From NCBI GenBank assembly GCA_964595305.1, contig CAZQPW010000001.1, forward strand, positions 9,722-73,721: a stretch of DNA of 64,000 nucleotides. The letters are read 5' to 3'. Of this stretch, positions 29,427 through 40,357 are shown one piece after another (position 1 is the first letter of the stretch; each line of letters opens with the position of its first letter). The notes beneath the pieces are model-generated. The model saw only the letters and a list, made by a program, of their open reading frames with translations, searched no databases and was not told where the DNA came from. The stretch comes from an uncultured Candidatus Saccharibacteria bacterium. GTDB lineage: Bacteria; Patescibacteriota; Minisyncoccia; Phycocordibacterales; Phycocordibacteraceae. Made by a program: the position numbers and the translations under genes.

Positions 29427-30338
29427 ATGTCGTTAAGAGATGTAAAAGCAAAGATTCGTTCCGTTGATCGTACGCGAAAGGTGACGAAGGCAATGGAAGC
29501 TGTTTCTGCAGTTAAAATGCGAAAGTCTCAGCAGCGTGCTATTGGTGCAAGGCCGTACGCGCGCTCTGCACTCAACATACTTTCGCGCCTTTCACCCTCG
29601 CTTGCTACAACCAGCCATCCGCTGACAAAAATACGAGATTTACGACGAGTTGCTCTCGTAGTGGTTACGAGTGATAAAGGCTTATGTGGGGCGCTTAACT
29701 CCTCAGTTATTAAAGCTGCTGATCGTACGATATCTGAGCTCGGTCTTACAACAGAAAACATCGACATCGTTGCGTATGGAAAAAAGTCTGCAGAATATTT
29801 TGAACGTCGTGGGTACAACCTCGTGCAGCGGCATGAAAACATTTCAGATGATGTCGAAATAGAAAGCTTACACGTAACCACCAATCTTTTAACAAACTCG
29901 TTTGTGGCTGAAAATATTGATCGAGCGATCGTAGTGTATACCAACTTTCGTTCAACATTTGAGCAAGAAGCTGCAGTACACACCCTGTTACCACTTTCAC
30001 TCGAAAGTTTTTCTAAGATTGTGCGAGGCATTACGCCAGAGAAAGGAGCGCTTAGTGGCGCTCCAGAGCAGGACGCACCCGCAGCTTACACGAGCGAAGG
30101 CGAAAATGTGGCCGCAGAGTTATTATCAATGCTATCAAGCGTGTTTCTATTCCACCTTCTATTGGAAAGTAAGGCGTCTGAGCACTCGGCGCGAATGGTA
30201 GCAATGAAAAACGCTTCTGACAAAAGTCGAGATGTGAGCAAGGCGCTTACGCGCACATTTAACAAGGCACGACAAGCTGCAATTACACGAGAAGTTTCTG
30301 AAATTGTTGGCGGGATCGAGGCTATGGCAGCTAATTAA
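29427..30338 (+). CDS. atpG: ATP synthase F1 gamma subunit
   Basis: KVTKAME.VS, SDKGLCG, SEHSARMVAM, RQAAIT.E. Confidence 0.98.
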   Translation: MSLRDVKAKIRSVDRTRKVTKAMEAVSAVKMRKSQQRAIGARPYARSALNILSRLSPSLATTSHPLTKIRDLRRVALVVVTSDKGLCGALNSSVIKAADRTISELGLTTENIDIVAYGKKSAEYFERRGYNLVQRHENISDDVEIESLHVTTNLLTNSFVAENIDRAIVVYTNFRSTFEQEAAVHTLLPLSLESFSKIVRGITPEKGALSGAPEQDAPAAYTSEGENVAAELLSMLSSVFLFHLLLESKASEHSARMVAMKNASDKSRDVSKALTRTFNKARQAAITREVSEIVGGIEAMAAN

Positions 30339-30357
30339 AAAAATGGATTTATTTTAG

Positions 30358-31755
<1,398 letters not shown>

Positions 31756-31757
31756 TT

Positions 31758-32756
31758 TTACTTACGGCCAATTTTAAGTGATTGCATTATTTGACTTAAA
31801 TCTGCAAGTCTTCTCTTAACTTCTTCGGCCTGATTCGAGTTAAGGTGCAAGACAGACGTTTTGTTTTTTAAGTGTGCCTGTTCGCTGCGGTGATACATGC
31901 GAAGGAAAAATTGATAGTGATCTTGAGCTTGTCTCATTGTTTCCTGAGATAGTGACAGCATGTTCTCTGCTGAAAGCTGCTCCAGTCGTCGAGGTATATT
32001 GGACCTAAGTTTTGCAAAAAAGTCTGCCTGCTTAGAATTTCTTATGTGTTTGATTGATTCTATTAGCAGTGTATTTTGAACTAACCTAAGCGGACCGATT
32101 TTAAATGATAGCTGTCGAGCCTTTGGGTTGTAAAATACATTAGCGGCTCCATCTTCATTAAACTCGAAATGCACGGCATCGGAACCATTGATTCTATTTT
32201 TCCCGGTCAGTGCTTTTCGTGAGTCACGTTCTAAATCTTCCACGCGGCGTTTTATATGCGCTCCTTCGGCGCCTATTACTTCCTTACCAATTTCTTCACG
32301 TGCGCGCACTATTGCTTTATCATCTCCCCAAACTGGGCGAGCATCGGTTGCTATACGAGCAGGCTGAACCCTATCATACATATTGTTGAAAAAACTAAAC
32401 GGTTTTCCAAACTGTTTCCATTCAATTATTGCAACTCTGTGAGGAGCAGCGCTTCTAAGAGTTGATTCGACTCTGGATCTCATAGAGTCTATGTTTACAT
32501 TTTCATCAACTAGTGCAATGATTTCGATCTCAGACTGGTGAGAACCTTTTTCAAACCTACCATCCGATCCAGGTATTGCAAGTGCCTGCACTCCCCTTAG
32601 TTCACTAGAGATCTTGCGTAGCGCATCCTGCATTTCTGCATGGATCAGCTGGTTAAAGCCATAGATTATCTCTCCGTACCTCCCGGGGCTTTGCGGCTTG
32701 TCGGACATTCCATTAAAGATGTCTTTTGCTTTCTCTACACTAAGATCGAACGACAT
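31758..32756 (-). CDS. Putative Pol-beta-family nucleotidyltransferase (GlnD/DUF294-like) inserted antisense in the atp operon
   Basis: IPGSDGRFE....SEIEI motif and C-terminal FK.GPLR.VQ; own -10 box TG-T-TATTAT 6 nt before the ATG. Confidence 0.55.
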   Translation of the reverse strand: MSFDLSVEKAKDIFNGMSDKPQSPGRYGEIIYGFNQLIHAEMQDALRKISSELRGVQALAIPGSDGRFEKGSHQSEIEIIALVDENVNIDSMRSRVESTLRSAAPHRVAIIEWKQFGKPFSFFNNMYDRVQPARIATDARPVWGDDKAIVRAREEIGKEVIGAEGAHIKRRVEDLERDSRKALTGKNRINGSDAVHFEFNEDGAANVFYNPKARQLSFKIGPLRLVQNTLLIESIKHIRNSKQADFFAKLRSNIPRRLEQLSAENMLSLSQETMRQAQDHYQFFLRMYHRSEQAHLKNKTSVLHLNSNQAEEVKRRLADLSQIMQSLKIGRK

Positions 32757-32828
32757 TTAGGTATAATAACACATCTTTGTATATAGCGCAAGTTAGCGCT
32801 TTGTGTTTCGAAAGTATATACTAGATTT

Positions 32829-33059
32829 ATGCATGTAGTTATAAGTCATATAAGCGAAAAGGTGTTTGAGGGAGAGGCTCTTTCCGTTATGGTGCCGACG
32901 TCGGAGGGCTTAGTTGAAATTTTGCCTAAACACGAACCATTAGTAGCTACGCTCAAGGAGGGCGAACTAATAGTCCGAGTTGCTGGAGAAGTAAAAACAT
33001 TTCATGTAGAAAAGGGGGTGCTCGAAGTTACTAACGAAAGTGTTACCATACTACTATAA
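32829..33059 (+). CDS. atpC: ATP synthase epsilon subunit, N-terminal domain only
   Basis: VPTSEG..EILP.HEPL..L..G, GVLEV; 76 aa. Confidence 0.9.
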   Translation: MHVVISHISEKVFEGEALSVMVPTSEGLVEILPKHEPLVATLKEGELIVRVAGEVKTFHVEKGVLEVTNESVTILL

Positions 33060-33061
33060 TT

Positions 33062-33289
33062 ATGTTTGGAAATTTTTTCATGAAAATGATGCTGCAGCAG
33101 CAGCTCAAGAGCTTGCCCAAAGATGCGCAAGAAAAAATAATGAAAGCCTTTACTGAAAACCCAGATTTTTTCAAAAAAATCGCTGAGGAAATCCAGGCTA
33201 AGGTAAAGAGCGGCCAGTCGCAGATGGCGGCCGCTCAACAGGTGATGATGCTCCATAAGCAAGAGCTCCAAAAAATCATGGCACCATAG
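33062..33289 (+). CDS. Small Met/Gln-rich hypothetical protein
   Basis: ORF 2 nt after atpC; NP.FFKKIA.EI..K...G..QM.A. Confidence 0.7.
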   Translation: MFGNFFMKMMLQQQLKSLPKDAQEKIMKAFTENPDFFKKIAEEIQAKVKSGQSQMAAAQQVMMLHKQELQKIMAP

Positions 33290-33293
33290 AAGG

Positions 33294-33875
33294 ATGCGGC
33301 AACGTAAAATATTTATACTCATGGCGCACCCGTCTACGGGCTCGCTCACCAACTCAATAGCAGATGCGTACGAAGTGGGTGCGCTTGAGGGCGGGCATCA
33401 GGTGCGGAGGCAAAATATTGGAGAGCTGCAGTTTGACCCCATCCTCCATGAAGGGTATCGAGTAATCCAGCAACTAGAGCCGGACTTAAAGACGTTTCAG
33501 GAAAATATGCGTTGGGCAGACCATTTTGTTATCGTGTACCCAAATTGGTGGTGTACGATGCCCGCACTCCTCAAAGGCCTCTTTGATCGCGCATGGCTCC
33601 CTGGGTTTGCATTCAAAATGCGCAAGGATGGTTGGGGCTGGCAGCAGCTTCTAAAAGGAAAGTCAGCAAGAATTATAATGTTGACCCAAAGTAATCCGTG
33701 GCTCATTTGGTTCTTCTTCGGTGACTACCGCAACGAGCTTCGCCGCGCAACACTTGGCATGGCAGGTATTGCACCGATACGCACCACTATTTTTAGCAAT
33801 GCAGAAAAATCTTCACAAGCTACATATCTGAAATGGTTTATGAAAGTTAAGAAGTTAGGCAAGGCAGCAAAGTAA
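33294..33875 (+). CDS. NAD(P)H-dependent quinone oxidoreductase (flavodoxin_2 family)
   Basis: AHP...S, WAD..V..YP.WW..MPALLKGLFDR. Confidence 0.9.
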   Translation: MRQRKIFILMAHPSTGSLTNSIADAYEVGALEGGHQVRRQNIGELQFDPILHEGYRVIQQLEPDLKTFQENMRWADHFVIVYPNWWCTMPALLKGLFDRAWLPGFAFKMRKDGWGWQQLLKGKSARIIMLTQSNPWLIWFFFGDYRNELRRATLGMAGIAPIRTTIFSNAEKSSQATYLKWFMKVKKLGKAAK

Positions 33876-33878
33876 TTT

Positions 33879-34235
33879 ATGGAAACTTCGATCTCGTTAC
33901 GAATTGCTAAGCAGCTAATCGGAAAAGAAGTAGAAGTTACGTTTGATAGGCCACTCGGAACAAGACACCCAAAACACGGATTTGTATATGAAGTTAATTA
34001 TGGCTATATTGAGGGCATTACAGCTCCAGACGGAGAAGATCTGGATGCATACTACCTTGGAGTGTCTCACCCGCTCGCAAAAGAAAAAGGTATATGCATA
34101 GCTGTAGCGCACAGAAATAACAACGACGATGACAAATTGGTTGTGGTGCCACAAGGAACAACAATGACTGACGAAGAAATTATTAAAGCGATTCATTTCC
34201 AAGAACAGTACTTTGACACTCAGATAGTTAGGTAG
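33879..34235 (+). CDS. Inorganic pyrophosphatase, short family I type
   Basis: YEVNYGYI....PDGEDLDAY, DDKL. Confidence 0.88.
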   Translation: METSISLRIAKQLIGKEVEVTFDRPLGTRHPKHGFVYEVNYGYIEGITAPDGEDLDAYYLGVSHPLAKEKGICIAVAHRNNNDDDKLVVVPQGTTMTDEEIIKAIHFQEQYFDTQIVR

Positions 34236-34324
34236 CTTTAAAATAACTTCAATCACTACGAGAGCGCCAGCAACTCGGTCGGAGCGCACTAGATTTTAGG
34301 CCATATTTTTGCTAGAATTGGCAA

Positions 34325-35422
34325 ATGGAATTAGCAATCGGGATAGTTGGGCTTCCTAACGTAGGGAAGTCAACATTGTTTAAAGCACTTACAGAAAAGG
34401 AGGTGCTCATTGCAAATTATCCCTTTGCAACTATCGATCCGTCTGTTGGGGTTGTTGCCGTGCCGGACCCGCGCCTTAAAGTGCTCACTGAGCTATCACA
34501 CTCGGCTAAGACAGTGCCAGCAATAGTTGAGTTTGTTGATATTGCCGGTCTCGTACAGGGCGCGAGTGAGGGCGAAGGCTTAGGCAACCAGTTCCTCCAG
34601 CACATTCGTGAGACGAACGCGATTGCGGAGGTAGTACGTATTTTTGATGACTCAGACATTACTCACGTTGGCGGTACTGTTGACCCTGTTAAAGATATCG
34701 AGGTTATAAATCTTGAGCTCGTGCTCGCAGACATGCAAAGTGTCTCAAAGCGCCTGCAGAGCGTTGAGCGAGACAGTAAGCGTGGTGTAAAAGAGGCAGT
34801 GTTAGAAGAGCAGGCGTTAAAAAAAGTATTTGCAACCCTCGAGGCGGGAATGCTCGCTCAGAAGACGAGTCTCACAGACGAGGAGCTGCTCGCAATCAAA
34901 GGCATGCAGCTGATCACCATGAAGCCGATCATGTACGTACTCAACAAGAAAGCTGGCGGGCACAATCTCGATGAACACAACGGCGAGCGCTACACGCGAC
35001 TCATCGATTTTCTTAAAAACCAGAAAGCCCAGTGGGTGCTCGTAGATGCTGCGATTGAAAATGAACTTAAGTCAGTTTCAGATGAAGATAGGAGTACGTT
35101 CCGCCAAGAATACGGCGTGCTCGAAGATGGAGTCGACGATCTGATCAAAACCGCGTATAAGATGCTAAATTTGCAGTCATACTTTACTACTGGTGAAGAT
35201 GAGACTCGCGCGTGGACTATTAGGGTAGGGAGCTCCGCACCAGAAGCAGGCCAGGCCATACATACCGATTTTAAGGAAAAGTTCATTAGAGCCGAAGTGG
35301 TCGCATACGACGACTTGATACAAGCTGGCTCGTTCCAAGCTGCGCGAGCCGCAGGCAAGTTGCGCACCGAAGGTAAGGAGTATATAGTCAAAGACGGAGA
35401 TGTTATTGAGTTTAAAGTGTAA
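34325..35422 (+). CDS. ychF: Ribosome-binding ATPase YchF
   Basis: GLPNVGKST, YPFATIDP, DIAGL, TGS domain ending DGDVIEF. Confidence 0.97.
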   Translation: MELAIGIVGLPNVGKSTLFKALTEKEVLIANYPFATIDPSVGVVAVPDPRLKVLTELSHSAKTVPAIVEFVDIAGLVQGASEGEGLGNQFLQHIRETNAIAEVVRIFDDSDITHVGGTVDPVKDIEVINLELVLADMQSVSKRLQSVERDSKRGVKEAVLEEQALKKVFATLEAGMLAQKTSLTDEELLAIKGMQLITMKPIMYVLNKKAGGHNLDEHNGERYTRLIDFLKNQKAQWVLVDAAIENELKSVSDEDRSTFRQEYGVLEDGVDDLIKTAYKMLNLQSYFTTGEDETRAWTIRVGSSAPEAGQAIHTDFKEKFIRAEVVAYDDLIQAGSFQAARAAGKLRTEGKEYIVKDGDVIEFKV

Positions 35423-35425
35423 ATT

Positions 35426-35755
35426 ATGCACTCAGAAAAATTAAATCAGCCACGCACATTCACACAGCTGCAAGAATACGTTGAACGTAATTTAAGTTCA
35501 AGCGAGCGTTTGCGAAAGAGCGCAATAATACTTGGACAAAGTTTTAATGCCGGAGAAGCGGTTGAATTTACAGATAGCTCAGGATCTGTAACTGGCAAAA
35601 TTGTTTACTTCAAACAAGAGGCATCGGGTGGTGCTGATGGGTGGGTCTCAACTGACATGATCGTAACTGGCATGCCAGGGCATACATGGAACTGTGCCTA
35701 CGAGCTGGTGCACTGCCCACGCCACATGATCACCTCAATCCGTAAAATTGCATAA
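35426..35755 (+). CDS. Hypothetical protein
   Basis: ORF tightly packed after ychF; no recognised motif. Confidence 0.55.
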   Translation: MHSEKLNQPRTFTQLQEYVERNLSSSERLRKSAIILGQSFNAGEAVEFTDSSGSVTGKIVYFKQEASGGADGWVSTDMIVTGMPGHTWNCAYELVHCPRHMITSIRKIA

Positions 35756-35806
35756 CCTTTGGCTCAGGCGTATAGTACTGATATCAACTACCAATCTACC
35801 CATACA

Positions 35807-36010
35807 ATGAGTGCAGAAGCAATCAAAATAAACCTTGAGTGTTCGAACGCGAGGTGCAGGCACACTGATATGCCATATAGAAGAATTATAGAAAAGCTCG
35901 GCTCAAAGCCTTTGTGCGAGTTTTGCGATAGCCTTGATAAGGGTAACCCGGGTTTTAAAAAAGGCGAGACCCAGTTTATCCTGCCTACAGACGGCGCACG
36001 TAGTATATAA
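35807..36010 (+). CDS. Small zinc-ribbon-like protein
   Basis: C-x4-C...CEFC; start uncertain. Confidence 0.45.
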   Translation: MSAEAIKINLECSNARCRHTDMPYRRIIEKLGSKPLCEFCDSLDKGNPGFKKGETQFILPTDGARSI

Positions 36011-36017
36011 TATACAA

Positions 36018-36956
36018 ATGAACACTAAAGTAACTCCTAAGGATTTTTTTCTCTGGCTCGGCGCTGTGGTATCACTGTACACTAGTGTCGGAGCGTTTAT
36101 CACACTTTATTTCCAATATATCAATGCAGCGTTTCCTGATGCATTGAACGACTACGGCGTCGACCCGTATTCAAGCTCAATTCGATTTGCTATCGCGTCG
36201 CTAATAGTTTTCTTCCCACTCTTTTTGATCCTTATGCGGATTATTCGCAAGGACATCCAGGCTGTCCCCGAGCGGGCAGATTTATGGGTGCGCAGATGGG
36301 CACTATATCTCACACTGTTTTTCGCTGGCCTTGCAATGGCAGTTGACTTCGTCACACTAATTTACACCTTCTTAGATGGAGAAATTGGCACCAGGTTTAT
36401 ATTTAAAGTTGTAGTCGTGTTCCTAGTCGCGGCTGCGCTCTTCATGCATTTTCTTGCAGATGCGTGGGGATACTGGCGCGAGCATCCAAAAAAGGCAACA
36501 ATAATGTCGATCGCGGCAGCAGTGGTGGTTCTCGCATCGATACTTGCTGGGTTTTTCATCATCGGGTCTCCGCAAGACGCTCGAATGTATAAGTTTGACG
36601 ACCAAAAGATTGCAGACCTTCAAAATATTCAGTGGCAAGTGCTTAACTACTACCAGACGACCGGCAAGATGCCTCTCGCGCTGGAAGAACTGCAAGATTC
36701 CCTTAACGGGTTCGTGATCCCTCGTGACCCTCAGACAGGCGCGGCGTATGAATATTCTGCTAATAAGCTAGCGTTCAGACTTTGTGCATCGTTTAACAAA
36801 GACTCGCGCCAAGATCAGCTGAGTCAGCCTCGAGCTCTTTACCCGGAGAAGGGAACTGACGGAGACCTTACGACGAGTCAGTGGACTCACGGTGCAGGTA
36901 CCATGTGCTTTGATAGAGAGATAGATCCAGCACGCTACCCTGTGTTCAAAAAGTAA
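36018..36956 (+). CDS. DUF5671-like membrane protein with a pilin-like C-terminal domain
   Basis: PKDFFL.LG, five TM helices, GSP..AR...FD..KI.DL..I, P.DP.TG..YEY...F.LCA.F. Confidence 0.72.
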   Translation: MNTKVTPKDFFLWLGAVVSLYTSVGAFITLYFQYINAAFPDALNDYGVDPYSSSIRFAIASLIVFFPLFLILMRIIRKDIQAVPERADLWVRRWALYLTLFFAGLAMAVDFVTLIYTFLDGEIGTRFIFKVVVVFLVAAALFMHFLADAWGYWREHPKKATIMSIAAAVVVLASILAGFFIIGSPQDARMYKFDDQKIADLQNIQWQVLNYYQTTGKMPLALEELQDSLNGFVIPRDPQTGAAYEYSANKLAFRLCASFNKDSRQDQLSQPRALYPEKGTDGDLTTSQWTHGAGTMCFDREIDPARYPVFKK

Positions 36957-36977
36957 ATTTTGGTGTAGAGTAAAAAG

Positions 36978-39227
36978 ATGGCAGAGTACGACCACAAAGA
37001 AATTGAAAAAAGGTGGCAGGAGGAGTGGCTCGCATCAGGTATTTACAACGCATCTGACGATGCGAGTAAAAAAAAGTTTTACGCGCTAGTAGAATTCCCA
37101 TATCCATCGGGTACTGGGTTACACCAGGGTCACCCGCGCCCATATACCTGTATGGACATTGTTGCAAGGAAGCGCAGGAAGGAGGGCTTCAATGTTCTAT
37201 ACCCCATTGGCTGGGATGCATTTGGACTGCCGACTGAAAACTACGCTATTAAAACCGGCAAGGATCCAAGAGTCGTAACTAAAGAAAACACAGACTACTT
37301 TAGAAAGCAAGCGCAGGCTTTTGGCTTTTCGTTCGACTGGTCACGCGAAGTGAACACCACAGACCCGAAGTATTATAAGTGGACGCAATGGATTTTCATT
37401 CAACTTTTTAAAAAAGGGTTGGCGTACAAAGCTACTGTTCCGATAAACTGGTGTCCAAAAGATAAAATTGGCCTAGCCAATGAAGAGGTGGTTGATGGCT
37501 GCTGCGAGCGCTGCGGGACTAAAGTTGAAAAACGCGATAAAGAGCAGTGGATGCTCGCTATCACTAAATATGCAGACAGGTTATACGAGGATATCGACAC
37601 CGTCGACTATCCTGACCGCGTCCGCGCGCAACAGAAGAACTGGATAGGGAAAAGTGAGGGAGCTGAAATTGATTTCGGACCAATCACTGTATTTACCACT
37701 CGGCCAGACACACTGTATGGTGCAACGTACGTGGTAGTTGCACCTGAGCATCCTATCGTAGCTGCTCACCCTGAGGCAGAAGCGTACGTAAAAGAGGCGA
37801 AAAGAAAAACGGAAATCGAGCGAACTGCAGAAGGTAAAGAGAAGACCGGTGTTCCACTCAATCTAAAAGTTAAAAACCCTGCAACAAACGAAGAGGTCCC
37901 TGTTTGGGTTGCAGACTATGTACTCGGCCACTACGGAACCGGTGCGGTAATGGGTGTACCGGCACACGACGAGAGAGACAAAGAGTTTGCAACTAAATAT
38001 GACATCGAAATCCGTGAGATTGAGTTGCAAGATCCGAAAGTCATGACAGAAAAGTTTGGTAAGGCAGTCACTAAGTTCAAGCTCAAGGACTGGGTATTTA
38101 GTCGCCAGAGGTATTGGGGCGAACCGATACCGATGGTTCATTGCGAGAAGTGTGGCTGGCTGCCTGTCCCAGAAAGTCAGCTCCCCATTGAGTTGCCCTA
38201 CATTGAAAAATACGAACCAACTGACACCGGCGAGTCGCCATTGTCAAAGCTAGGCGACTGGATTACCACGAAGTGTCCGCAATGTGGTGGGGAAGCAAAA
38301 CGCGAAACAGATGTGATGCCAAATTGGGCAGGTTCAAGTTGGTACTACATCAGATACATGGACCCTCACAATGATGCGGCCATTGCAGGCCCTGACAAGA
38401 TAAAATACTGGTCTCCGGTTGATTGGTACAACGGTGGCATGGAACATACCGTTCTCCATTTGCTGTACTCTCGTTTTTGGCATAAGTTTCTATACGACAT
38501 CGGTGTTGTTCCAACTGCCGAACCATATGCAAAGCGCACCTCCCATGGCCTTTTCCTGGCGGCAGATGGTGAAAAAATTTCAAAGTCCAAAGGGAACGGT
38601 ACTGACCCGATAGAAATTATTAACACATTTGGAGCTGACGCTACCAGGCTCTATGTAGCGTTTATAGGTCCCTTTGAGCAAGCGGTCCCGTGGCAAAATG
38701 AAGGACTAGTTGGCACACTCCGTTTTATTGAACGAATAGTAACGTTATCTCAGAAGGTTGCCGACGGGGAAGATGTACCACCCGTCGTTCATCAAACAAT
38801 TAAAAAAGTTGGTGAAGATATTGAATCTGTAAAGTTCAATACTGCAGTATCGCAGCTTATGATCTGTACGAACGAGCTTGTTGCAGCAGAAACAGTTTCT
38901 CGCGCATCATATGAAATTCTTCTCAACCTCCTCGCGCCATTTGCACCACATGTTACAGAAGAGCTTTGGCGCAAGTTGGGGCACACCAACTCTATCCACC
39001 TCGAGCCATGGCCTAGTTTTGACCCCAGTAAGCTTGAAAGCGAGACGGTAACTGTTGCGGTACAGGTGGGAGGAAAGCTGAAGGGTACTATTACAACACT
39101 TCGAGGTACGAACGAAAAACAAATCCTAGAGCTTGTAAAACAAGATCCGCAATTGTCAAAAAAGGTTCCTGTTGAGCCACGGAAAGTCATTTTTGTGCTT
39201 GACAAGGTCATAAATTTCATTGCCTAA
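36978..39227 (+). CDS. leuS: Leucine--tRNA ligase
   Basis: FPYPSG.GLHQGH, FTTRPDT editing motif, SRQRYWG.PIP, KISKS. Confidence 0.98.
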   Translation: MAEYDHKEIEKRWQEEWLASGIYNASDDASKKKFYALVEFPYPSGTGLHQGHPRPYTCMDIVARKRRKEGFNVLYPIGWDAFGLPTENYAIKTGKDPRVVTKENTDYFRKQAQAFGFSFDWSREVNTTDPKYYKWTQWIFIQLFKKGLAYKATVPINWCPKDKIGLANEEVVDGCCERCGTKVEKRDKEQWMLAITKYADRLYEDIDTVDYPDRVRAQQKNWIGKSEGAEIDFGPITVFTTRPDTLYGATYVVVAPEHPIVAAHPEAEAYVKEAKRKTEIERTAEGKEKTGVPLNLKVKNPATNEEVPVWVADYVLGHYGTGAVMGVPAHDERDKEFATKYDIEIREIELQDPKVMTEKFGKAVTKFKLKDWVFSRQRYWGEPIPMVHCEKCGWLPVPESQLPIELPYIEKYEPTDTGESPLSKLGDWITTKCPQCGGEAKRETDVMPNWAGSSWYYIRYMDPHNDAAIAGPDKIKYWSPVDWYNGGMEHTVLHLLYSRFWHKFLYDIGVVPTAEPYAKRTSHGLFLAADGEKISKSKGNGTDPIEIINTFGADATRLYVAFIGPFEQAVPWQNEGLVGTLRFIERIVTLSQKVADGEDVPPVVHQTIKKVGEDIESVKFNTAVSQLMICTNELVAAETVSRASYEILLNLLAPFAPHVTEELWRKLGHTNSIHLEPWPSFDPSKLESETVTVAVQVGGKLKGTITTLRGTNEKQILELVKQDPQLSKKVPVEPRKVIFVLDKVINFIA

Positions 39228-39228
39228 C

Positions 39229-39278
39229 TGTGGATAACTATGACTCTGTTTGACCATTTTTAGAAAATGTGCTATAAA
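39229..39278 (+). promoter_or_regulatory. DnaA box next to a sigma70 promoter
   Basis: TGTGGATAA (reverse complement of TTATCCACA) at 39229-39237; TTGACC 39250-39255, 17 bp spacer, TG-C-TATAAA ending 39278. Confidence 0.6.
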
Positions 39279-39292
39279 GGATATACAAATAT

Positions 39293-40321
39293 ATGGCAAA
39301 ACTCTCATTCAAGCCCAAGGACACCAGCAAGAGATTAGTTGCATCGTTACCAGATAGAAGCAAGGATGTGCTCGTAAGCAGATACGGACTCCATGATTCG
39401 AATGAGGCTGAGACGTTAGATGCCATCGGAAAGCGTTACGGAATTACTCGTGAACGCGTGCGCCAAATTGAGAGTGGCGCAATCAAGTCAATTCAGGACT
39501 CACCAGCTATCGCAAAGGAAAGTCATGCAATTTCTAACCTCGAAGCAGCAATCCGCGACCTCGGTGCTATTTTGCCAGAGCACACCATCTTGAGCGAGTA
39601 TGCTTCTGACTCTAAATCGAAGAACCACCTCTACTTCATGCTCGTCGTGGGCAAGCCATTTGTACATAAAAAAGAGGACGACAACTTTAAGTCGCGTTGG
39701 CATGTAGATGAAGGAGTGGCAAAAGCAGTTGAAGATGCAATTAAGTCCGTACACAGTAAGATGGGTGCTAATGATGTGATGCAAGAAGGAGAGCTCGTTG
39801 ACCATGTGCTTACGTGTCTTTCGCGCGTAAACGTAAAGTACAAAAATAAAGAGACTGTAAAACGTTGGCTTGAACTCTCAAACTGTTTAATGCGTAACCC
39901 TCTTGGTGAGTGGGGACGCACCTCGGCTCCTGGAATCCGCCTCAAAAACATCCGTGACCATGCATACCTCGCACTCAAGCGCCACGGCTCACCAATGCAT
40001 TTCCGAGAGGTATCAAAGGCTATTGAAAAGGTATTTGGCAAGCAGGCTCATCAGGCGACAACGCACAATGAGCTCATTAAGGACAAGCGTTTTGTGCTCG
40101 TTGGTAGAGGTATATACGCGCTTTCTGAATGGGGTTACCGACCGGGACCTGTTATCGAGATCATCAAAAATATTTTGAAAGAAAAGGGACCGATGAGTAA
40201 AGGCGACCTTATGACGGCAGTAGCAAAGGAGCGCCACGTAAAAGAAAACACGATCATCGTCAATCTTCAAAACCCGGCATTGACGAAAACAAAAGACGGA
40301 AAGATAGCACTAGCTAAATAA
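39293..40321 (+). CDS. Sigma70 region 4 plus HARE-HTH (RNAP delta-like) domain protein
   Basis: TLDAIGKRYGITRERVRQIE; C-terminal PMHF.E...HNELIKD.RFVLVGRG.YAL.EWG. Confidence 0.8.
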   Translation: MAKLSFKPKDTSKRLVASLPDRSKDVLVSRYGLHDSNEAETLDAIGKRYGITRERVRQIESGAIKSIQDSPAIAKESHAISNLEAAIRDLGAILPEHTILSEYASDSKSKNHLYFMLVVGKPFVHKKEDDNFKSRWHVDEGVAKAVEDAIKSVHSKMGANDVMQEGELVDHVLTCLSRVNVKYKNKETVKRWLELSNCLMRNPLGEWGRTSAPGIRLKNIRDHAYLALKRHGSPMHFREVSKAIEKVFGKQAHQATTHNELIKDKRFVLVGRGIYALSEWGYRPGPVIEIIKNILKEKGPMSKGDLMTAVAKERHVKENTIIVNLQNPALTKTKDGKIALAK

Positions 40322-40357
40322 GCAGCTGCGCAGTATTTATTTGCTATCATAAGAAGT

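Noticed and set aside
39229-39237. oriC
   Set aside because: Only one DnaA box in a 65-bp gap, with no box cluster and no dnaA or dnaN nearby.
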